From the IMG/VR virus record IMGVR_UViG_3300006226_000014, positions 1 to 24,803 of that record: a stretch of DNA of 24,803 nt. One strand, 5' to 3'. Under the pieces are notes generated by a model, which ran no database searches, was not told where the DNA came from, and saw only the letters and a list, made by a program, of their open reading frames with translations. The position numbers and the translations under genes were made by a program. Shown here one piece after another: positions 15,454 through 22,528 of the stretch; the first letter of the stretch is position 1; every line of letters starts with the position of its first letter. The stretch is from a virus. Taxonomy: Duplodnaviria; Heunggongvirae; Uroviricota; Caudoviricetes.

Positions 15454-16257
15454 TTAACCATTTTCTTGATTTGAAGGTCCTAGTGATTCTATAACTGCAT
15501 CTTCTAAATCTATATAAAATCCTTCTTTCCAGTCAACTGTTGCATATTCATAATAAGATTTTGGCATATCAAATATAAGTCCTTCGGCCGGAGATACACT
15601 ATGTTTTAAGTTAGCGGGGTTAACTGTCGTATTAATTTTAACTGAAATTTCATTATTTTCAATTTTAATACTATCACCAGCAGTATAAACATCTATAAGG
15701 TCAGAGACATCACCAGCTGTTGAATTATATTGACCATGAGCATCTTTATGAACAACTACTAAAAATATTTTATTTACAGTACTACCTGGTTCCATCACAC
15801 CAGATAAAAGATGAGATACATCAGGTTCACCATACTCTGATTTATATTCAGTTGGCCATTGAAAACCATCACTTGGGTCAGTTGGATCAGTTTTTTTCCA
15901 AGATACTAATCCCATCCATTCAATCTGTGATTCTAAATCTAGTTCAATATAACTAATAGCTTTTGACTGTTCTTTTCCAAAAAGTCCTATTCTATTTTTT
16001 GAAGAATCATATTTTAAGCTTAATGTAGTAGATAATACATTTCCTGTCCAATCTAAAACTTTATCTTCACCAACACCAAATTGGAATTTATTATTATCAA
16101 TATAATCTTTAATTGTTGTTGTAGCACCTGGTTTTCCGCCAATTATAAGATTTTCACCATGAAGTTTTATCTCGCCAACTTCACCATTAACAGATTTAAC
16201 TTTGCTAACATCTGCTATTAATATTTTTTTTCCGTTATATACTTTAAAAATTGCCAT
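15454..16257 (-). CDS. Fibre/appendage protein, short paralogue of 16312-17907
   Basis: 267 aa; MAIFKVYNGKKILIAD N-terminus, EDKVLDW...LSLKY...LFGK block and DVYTAGDSIKIENNEISVKI block, all with counterparts in the 531-aa neighbour. Confidence 0.78.
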   Translation of the reverse strand: MAIFKVYNGKKILIADVSKVKSVNGEVGEIKLHGENLIIGGKPGATTTIKDYIDNNKFQFGVGEDKVLDWTGNVLSTTLSLKYDSSKNRIGLFGKEQSKAISYIELDLESQIEWMGLVSWKKTDPTDPSDGFQWPTEYKSEYGEPDVSHLLSGVMEPGSTVNKIFLVVVHKDAHGQYNSTAGDVSDLIDVYTAGDSIKIENNEISVKINTTVNPANLKHSVSPAEGLIFDMPKSYYEYATVDWKEGFYIDLEDAVIESLGPSNQENG

Positions 16258-16279
16258 TTATTTTCTCCTTATACTTTTA

Positions 16280-16304
16280 AGGGAGAAGAGGTTTTCTTCT
16301 CCCT
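16280..16304. other. Perfect 10-bp intergenic stem-loop lacking a clear minus-strand U-tract
   Basis: AGGGAGAAGA (16280-16289), 5-nt loop, TCTTCTCCCT (16295-16304); followed on the minus strand by TAAAAGT and then the next SD. Confidence 0.65.
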
Positions 16305-16311
16305 AATTATT

Positions 16312-17907
16312 TTAGTTTTCTACATCAAATGTAATTGAAGTTGTTGCAACTTTATTTGCACCTTCAGTTTTTCTATTACCACCAGCTTTCTTTATGTCCC
16401 AAAGTTCCCAAGTTATTTTGTATTGTCCAGCCTCTTGTGGTGTAAAGAATAAGAACACACTATCAAGTACTGGTCTATCTTCTGTATTGCTATAAGCAGC
16501 ATTTTGTCCGCCACCAACAGCGCCCCAATTATCATAGTCACCAGCATTATTAAGAACAGAATATTGATTTTTTGGATTTGGAGGGCCCATATTAGAGAAT
16601 AATGTTGCATTGAGTTCTTCTCCATATTTACCATCGTCTAATCTTTCACATTTAATAAATGTTTTAGCAAATTTATCTTTCATATAATCAGTATCATCTA
16701 AATTGATACGTGGGGTCATACGTGCCCAGATTGCACATTCATTACCAACAGTTGCTGGTTCAGTTGAAGTTGCTTTAGAAGTATCATAACCATACCAACC
16801 AGTTGCTTCTGAAGTATCATCTTGCGCCGCGAAAAACTTTGTAAAAGCAAAATGAAGAATATTGTATTCACTTCCGTCTTCTATAACGAAGTAAACTCCG
16901 TCATTAGCTTTATTGCTTCCAACACTATTAAATTCATTAGCAGTACCTGTCCAGAATTCTAAAAGAAGTCCATCTTCGCTTACTGAAATTCCTTTTTCTG
17001 AGTCTGGATCAATTTTTACACCAATTTCACGTTGAATAATTTCAATACCGTCACCAGCTGTATAATCTTCAATTATTTCAGAAAGATTAGCAAATGAATA
17101 TTGAACATCGTCATCTGCATCTTTAAAACCTAAGATAAGATATTGACCATCTGCATTGCCAGATCCGAAAGCAGTAATAATTTCGGCTTTCTTAATTATA
17201 TCAGTTTCTGTAATTTCGGATAAATCTAAATTGTTGCTAGTACTTTTTACTATTTCATTTAGAACAAGAGCTGAGCCCAATATTAAATCAAATTCACTTA
17301 CTACCTGTTTGTTTTTACCAAGTAATTGAACTTTATTATTTGCATAAACGAGACTTAAATGGGATTTAAGTTTTGGATCTCCGCCTTCTGTTTTTGCGGA
17401 CCATGTTAAAACTTTTTCATTTGCACTTAATTGTGTTTTAGCTAGTAATTCCGAGACATCTTCTGTAAGATCATTATTAATAACAAATTTACTTAATATT
17501 TTAGATCCAGGGTATCGAGGATCCTCTACTCTTTCAAAAGAAATTCCTTCTCCTGCTTCAATATCAAAAGTTTCTTGAGTAGGTCCTTTTTTTAGTCCGT
17601 CTAAATCACTAAAAAATTGTGCTACCCTTACTACGTCATCATTAGTAACATCAGTAATAGTAGGAACTATAGCTGTTACTAATCTTTTGACTCCGTCTGT
17701 ATCTGATGCTCTGATATCTTCATAATTTATTTTTCCATCAATTTCTGATTTTATAAAATAAGTTTTGTCAGTGCTGTCGTAATAAATATTACTAGCGTCC
17801 AAATCAATATTTTTGTCGCTTTCAGCTGATATCCCATTAATTGTTTCGAGCTTATTAATTTCTGCGAATAATCTCTTTTCACCATTAATAATTCTAAAAA
17901 TTGCCAT
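16312..17907 (-). CDS. Fibre/appendage protein (531 aa) with distinct C-terminal beta domain
   Basis: MAIFRIINGEKRLFAE N-terminus; YTAGDGIEI...GVKIDPDSEKGISVSEDGL fibre-type motif; FWTGTANEF...DGVYFV motif; acidic composition; SD AAGGAG. Confidence 0.78.
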   Translation of the reverse strand: MAIFRIINGEKRLFAEINKLETINGISAESDKNIDLDASNIYYDSTDKTYFIKSEIDGKINYEDIRASDTDGVKRLVTAIVPTITDVTNDDVVRVAQFFSDLDGLKKGPTQETFDIEAGEGISFERVEDPRYPGSKILSKFVINNDLTEDVSELLAKTQLSANEKVLTWSAKTEGGDPKLKSHLSLVYANNKVQLLGKNKQVVSEFDLILGSALVLNEIVKSTSNNLDLSEITETDIIKKAEIITAFGSGNADGQYLILGFKDADDDVQYSFANLSEIIEDYTAGDGIEIIQREIGVKIDPDSEKGISVSEDGLLLEFWTGTANEFNSVGSNKANDGVYFVIEDGSEYNILHFAFTKFFAAQDDTSEATGWYGYDTSKATSTEPATVGNECAIWARMTPRINLDDTDYMKDKFAKTFIKCERLDDGKYGEELNATLFSNMGPPNPKNQYSVLNNAGDYDNWGAVGGGQNAAYSNTEDRPVLDSVFLFFTPQEAGQYKITWELWDIKKAGGNRKTEGANKVATTSITFDVEN

Positions 17908-17933
17908 TTAAATCTCCTTATTTATTTAGTATT

Positions 17934-18530
17934 TTATTTCACATAATATGTCCCATCAAAAGAAGAGACACCCTTTTCTATGTTTTTAAGAATTTCGTCA
18001 TTAAATTTCTTATATGATCCAGTCCAAGCTTCTGGCTGTCTATCACCATATTGATTTATAGTCATTTTAGAGCCATCTGGATTTGTATATTTAAAACCAG
18101 GTGCATTCGAAGCAAAATGTGTATCACCAGCCACTTCTTGAATTTTCTGACGAATTGGACCATGAGCATTTTCATCTGCATTGTGTGCTGTTAGATCAAA
18201 TTCTGGAATTTCTGGTTGATATAGTACTGGCTGTGGAATAAAAGCTGGGGTTGTAATCATCCAAGGTGGCTCGGATAAGTATTCTGTTTTTGGTTCTTGA
18301 TAATCATCTATAAACCAATATTCAGCTGGCTCTCCATTACCGTTATCTCTTACTACAAATTTTAAGCCCTTAGCTCTTAAACCAGGAGAAAGATGACCTG
18401 CTATTCGTAAATCTTCGGGACTTGTTTCTGGTCCACAAGCTTCATCTAAGTTTTCAAAATATGTTTTAGTATCAAGAGGTTTTGGCTGTGTAATCCAATA
18501 ACCGCTATTTAATTCACTTCCTATTGCCAT
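17934..18530 (-). CDS. Short fibre/adaptor-like protein sharing its N-terminal module with the 1323-aa protein
   Basis: 198 aa; KPLDTKTYFENLDEA...GLKFVVRD...EYWF matches RPIDGKTIFENLEEA...GLKFTVKD...EYWF; AHNADENAH and WTGS...DGTYYV fibre-type motifs. Confidence 0.78.
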   Translation of the reverse strand: MAIGSELNSGYWITQPKPLDTKTYFENLDEACGPETSPEDLRIAGHLSPGLRAKGLKFVVRDNGNGEPAEYWFIDDYQEPKTEYLSEPPWMITTPAFIPQPVLYQPEIPEFDLTAHNADENAHGPIRQKIQEVAGDTHFASNAPGFKYTNPDGSKMTINQYGDRQPEAWTGSYKKFNDEILKNIEKGVSSFDGTYYVK

Positions 18531-18544
18531 TTATTTTTCTCCTA

Positions 18545-21500
18545 TTAATTAGTAAATTCAAACGTATATGCTATGTTTGGTAGTGGAGTTCCTATTGGTC
18601 TATCTTTTAATTTATAAATATAATAATTATCAACACCATTATTATCAATAGACGTTGAAAATTTATCCCATTCATGATTTTTTGGTACTCCACCAATATC
18701 TTTTATTTGAAATATATCCATACTCTGTGGACATACAAATATTAAATCACCTATTATATTTGTAAATAAGTGATTTTCAATATTATTAGCAACTGCAGGA
18801 TCGATTGTTACTTTTTGTTTTATATATCCATTTTCTAATAAATTAAGTGGCGATCCTACTGCTGTTGGTATAAACCCAGGACTAATACTACCTTCTAAAA
18901 GCCCCGCGATTCTATTAATATCTCGTAATGGATCAAATATTGCTCCAGTTACTTGATCTGGATTAGCAAAATCAATATTACCCGGCATATAAAGTGCGCC
19001 TTCTGGAATAAATTCACCATACCATATTTTTTCAGCTGGTTGTGGGAATACTAATGTAAATTGATCAGTGTCTTCTCCAAAATCATCATCAATATCATAA
19101 ACTTCAACTTTTACATTATAAGTTTTGCTCTGATTTAATCCATTAAATGTTGCAACAATATATAGTCCATCATCATTTAAGAACTGTGATACATTAATAG
19201 TTTCCATTTCTAAATCATCTAAATAAACTTTAGCTTCTTTTAAAGCGCAAGAACCTTTTGTTATATCAGCTTTTATGCTAACACTAAATGGTGCAATATG
19301 TTCTCCATTAACTTTCGCTGCCTCAATATCTGTAGTAACAGTAACTTCAACAGTTGGTAAAGTTATTACAGTATATGTGGCATATATATCCAAGTTACTT
19401 GTAACATTAGAATAGTCCTTATCCCAGCTATCAAAATGATAGCCATTTTTAGTTGGATCTTCAGGAGGAATTGCTGCACTACCATGATTGACTGTTTGAC
19501 CAGCTTTAATAACAGTAACTTTATCATCATCATAGAATGTTACAGTATATTTATTGATAACCCATTCAGCATATAAGTCTAAATTAGATGTAATTGGAGT
19601 AGTAGTAAAAGTAAATTGATTAGTAAAAGTTTCATCATCTAAATACCACCCATTAAGTGTATAACCAGTTTTATTTGGATTATGTGCTGTTGCAGTTTGT
19701 AAATATTCTACTGGTTCAGTATAAACTATTACACCTTCTATCCAGAAATTAACATTATATTCATTTATTTCCCAATCAGCAACTAATGTAATGTCTCCAG
19801 TAATAGGTGTAGAGAAATTAAATGAACTTTCATTTAAAGTCCATCCGCTATTCTGTAAATGATAACCAGTTTTTGTAGGAGCTGGATCAGGTATAGTTGC
19901 AGTTGCATTCCAATTTACAGTTTGAGATGGTGGAGTAATATTTCCACCATCTGAATTAAAAGTTACTGTAAATGTTTTTATAGCATATTGAGCCTTAATA
20001 ATTATATTTTCTTCAATATTATTATAAGATTTATCCCAACCATTTGGATCATATCCTTCTCTATTTGGATGAGATGGCGGAATTGCATTATTTCCATGAT
20101 CAATATATTGTATATCAATGGGTGGCGTATTTATATCATCTGTATAATCCCAACCAACAAATTTTACTTCATAATTATTTATTTCATATTCAGCATAAAT
20201 ATCATTTTCGGCGGGAAGTGGCTCTAATTGACTATAATCAAAATTACCAGATTCTATATAATCCCAATTATCTGTTTTATGCCAACCTTCTTTATCAGTT
20301 ATTGATGGAGGACTTGGTTCATCTCCGTATTCTACTGTTTCATCTCCAATTATTATATACTTATTAGTATCATTATCCCAGCCCCAATAATTTATTTTAT
20401 ATTGTAATTTAACATATTCACCATATAAAGTTATTTCACCTGCAATAGGTGTATTAAAATTAAATTTAGGAGGAGTTAGTCCGCTATTATCATACCAACC
20501 ATTAAAGTTATGGCCTTCAATATCTTCTGGATAGATTTCAGCTGCAGTAGAATTTTCAACTACACTTTGAGCTAAATCATTCTCTATTCCTTCGCCATAG
20601 TCAAAATAGACTTTATATCTAGGAGCACTAATTTCTTCTACCCAATAGAGTTGGCATCCGCTTATTGTATCTATTGTTTTGTTTGTTACAGAAAATTTAA
20701 GTGTGAATACACCATCATTTTCTGTCATATTACTGATTACATCAGCTGGATCTTGAACATTATATCCATATAATTTAAATATATCACCAATGGATTCCAT
20801 TGTGAGAGTTTTGAAATGTCCGCTTATAGCTAAGTTTGTTAATTTTTCTAATGAAATAAGTTTTTCATCATCATTAATGCTTAAACCAGACACGTGGCCG
20901 CTTACTATAATAGCGTCAATGTCTTCAAGATAATCATGTTCGTGGTTGCCCTCTGCAACAGTTCCAGCAATATCACCAAACTCTTTATTAAATGCGCTAT
21001 TCTTACTAAAAGCTTTCTCAGCACCAATAGCTTCTGGAGTTACTCTAATGTTTCCAGCATTGAAAGGAGCAGGATCTTCGCCTAATGCAACTTTAGTTCC
21101 AGCTGGAATAATATGCGTGTGTTGTGTTACTACATTTTCTTCACCTAAAGGCTCTTTAGCCCACTGTGGGACTGTTGGATCTTCTTCTTCTGTTAAATAT
21201 TCATGACTATGATTACCAGCTGCTGCAGTTGTTCCAGTTGTTCCAATTTGTAAAAATGCTGGCTTATTAGTAATTTCATCCCATGCATGATCATGATCTT
21301 CTAGTTCATAAGGATCAGGAGTATCTTCAATTTCTCCATAATTATATGTTGGCTTATTTTCTGCTTTTGCCCAAGGTGATACATCTTTAGCATTTCTATC
21401 ATCAGAAAGTCTAGAATCCCCTTCTTCTATATAGTTGCCTATTGGTTGATAATCATGTGTATGTTGTGACGCTTTAGTCCCATTTAAGCTTTCTTTTGCC

Positions 21501-22516
21501 CATGACGGCACAGTTGGATCTGTTTCTGTAAATGATTGTAGTGCTGTATCTGCTTTGCTTAAACTATTTTGAACAGATTCAGCTAAATCACCTTTTGGTA
21601 TGCCATCAGCTGGTTTATCATATTTTGCATCCCAATCAGATTTATTTTGTAAAGTAACATGTATATCATTATTTGTAAAATGATCATGAGTATGATTACT
21701 TAAAGCATAATTACCCAAATCTTCAATATCTGATTCAGTATGAGTATGAGGGCCTGTAACATGTGTATGACCAGCTGGAGAAGCACCTATATTTTCAGGA
21801 GTAATTAATATCGATTTATTTACTGAAGCATTAGCACTAAAAGTATCATTTAATGTTAAACCACTAATAGTTAATGTCGCATCATTTGGTATAGTATCAT
21901 TATCAACAAGGCCTGAAATAGCTTCTCTTAACTCACTATCATCATAAATAGTATCATTATCTATTATTCCTGAAATAGCTTCTCTTAATTCTGAATCATC
22001 ATATATTGTATCACTGTCTATTAAACCAGAAATAGCTTGCCGTAATTCGCTATCATCATATCGCATATTATCAGCACTAATTACATTATCAACTATAGAT
22101 ATATTATCGCCACCCGTATATGTTGTATCATTATCAGTTAATTTCGATATTTCAGTGTTAGTATAATCTTTAGCATCTTGTAAAGCTTGACTAATTTCAG
22201 GTTCCCAATCTTTTCCCTCTATAGCTTCTGGAAGATAAACTTGTGGTTCTGGTATAATTTCAGGACTAATAATTGTAACCCAGTCATCACCCAATTCTTC
22301 TGGCTTATAATCTTGTGTAAACCAATATTCACGAGGACCAGGATGATCATTTGCTGTATCATCTTTTACTGTAAATTTTAAACCAGTAAATCTTAAAGTT
22401 TTTATAATATCTGCTTTAGCTTCTTCTAAATTTTCAAAAATAGTTTTACCATCTATTGGTCTATTAGTTGTAGGCCAAAAACTATCTCCAAAATTTATTG
22501 ATCCTTGTTTTGCCAT
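18545..22516 (-). CDS. Large fibre/adhesin-like virion protein (1323 aa): N-terminal module, acidic repeats, HxH-rich shaft, about six Listeria-Bacteroides (InlB-B/Flg_new-type) repeats, Ig-like domain, C-terminal domain
   Basis: Repeats with YxVxF...P.K.GY.F.GW...F.F.TPI.....LYA.W pattern at about 19370-20620; eight HxH motifs at about 20931-21780; YDDSELREAISG repeats; C-terminal domain paralogous to 22529-24544. Confidence 0.85.
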   Translation of the reverse strand: MAKQGSINFGDSFWPTTNRPIDGKTIFENLEEAKADIIKTLRFTGLKFTVKDDTANDHPGPREYWFTQDYKPEELGDDWVTIISPEIIPEPQVYLPEAIEGKDWEPEISQALQDAKDYTNTEISKLTDNDTTYTGGDNISIVDNVISADNMRYDDSELRQAISGLIDSDTIYDDSELREAISGIIDNDTIYDDSELREAISGLVDNDTIPNDATLTISGLTLNDTFSANASVNKSILITPENIGASPAGHTHVTGPHTHTESDIEDLGNYALSNHTHDHFTNNDIHVTLQNKSDWDAKYDKPADGIPKGDLAESVQNSLSKADTALQSFTETDPTVPSWAKESLNGTKASQHTHDYQPIGNYIEEGDSRLSDDRNAKDVSPWAKAENKPTYNYGEIEDTPDPYELEDHDHAWDEITNKPAFLQIGTTGTTAAAGNHSHEYLTEEEDPTVPQWAKEPLGEENVVTQHTHIIPAGTKVALGEDPAPFNAGNIRVTPEAIGAEKAFSKNSAFNKEFGDIAGTVAEGNHEHDYLEDIDAIIVSGHVSGLSINDDEKLISLEKLTNLAISGHFKTLTMESIGDIFKLYGYNVQDPADVISNMTENDGVFTLKFSVTNKTIDTISGCQLYWVEEISAPRYKVYFDYGEGIENDLAQSVVENSTAAEIYPEDIEGHNFNGWYDNSGLTPPKFNFNTPIAGEITLYGEYVKLQYKINYWGWDNDTNKYIIIGDETVEYGDEPSPPSITDKEGWHKTDNWDYIESGNFDYSQLEPLPAENDIYAEYEINNYEVKFVGWDYTDDINTPPIDIQYIDHGNNAIPPSHPNREGYDPNGWDKSYNNIEENIIIKAQYAIKTFTVTFNSDGGNITPPSQTVNWNATATIPDPAPTKTGYHLQNSGWTLNESSFNFSTPITGDITLVADWEINEYNVNFWIEGVIVYTEPVEYLQTATAHNPNKTGYTLNGWYLDDETFTNQFTFTTTPITSNLDLYAEWVINKYTVTFYDDDKVTVIKAGQTVNHGSAAIPPEDPTKNGYHFDSWDKDYSNVTSNLDIYATYTVITLPTVEVTVTTDIEAAKVNGEHIAPFSVSIKADITKGSCALKEAKVYLDDLEMETINVSQFLNDDGLYIVATFNGLNQSKTYNVKVEVYDIDDDFGEDTDQFTLVFPQPAEKIWYGEFIPEGALYMPGNIDFANPDQVTGAIFDPLRDINRIAGLLEGSISPGFIPTAVGSPLNLLENGYIKQKVTIDPAVANNIENHLFTNIIGDLIFVCPQSMDIFQIKDIGGVPKNHEWDKFSTSIDNNGVDNYYIYKLKDRPIGTPLPNIAYTFEFTN
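21891..22062. repeat. Three tandem 57-bp (19-aa) coding repeats YDDSELR(E/Q)AISG(L/I)(I/V)D(S/N)DTI
   Basis: cc(t/a)gaaatagctt cores at 21912, 21969 and 22026 (57-nt period), in frame within the 1323-aa gene. Confidence 0.9.
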
Positions 22517-22528
22517 GCTTTATCTCCT

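Noticed and set aside
21891-22062. CRISPR-like array
   Set aside because: Repeats are contiguous, in-frame coding units without unique spacers; no cas genes.
18440-22445. FENL(D/E)EA in the two fibre N-terminal modules as protease-processing sites like those of the internal-protein cluster
   Set aside because: The motif lies inside a conserved folded module shared by both fibre proteins, which would not pass through the prohead; resemblance to FENIYQLTEA is probably coincidental.
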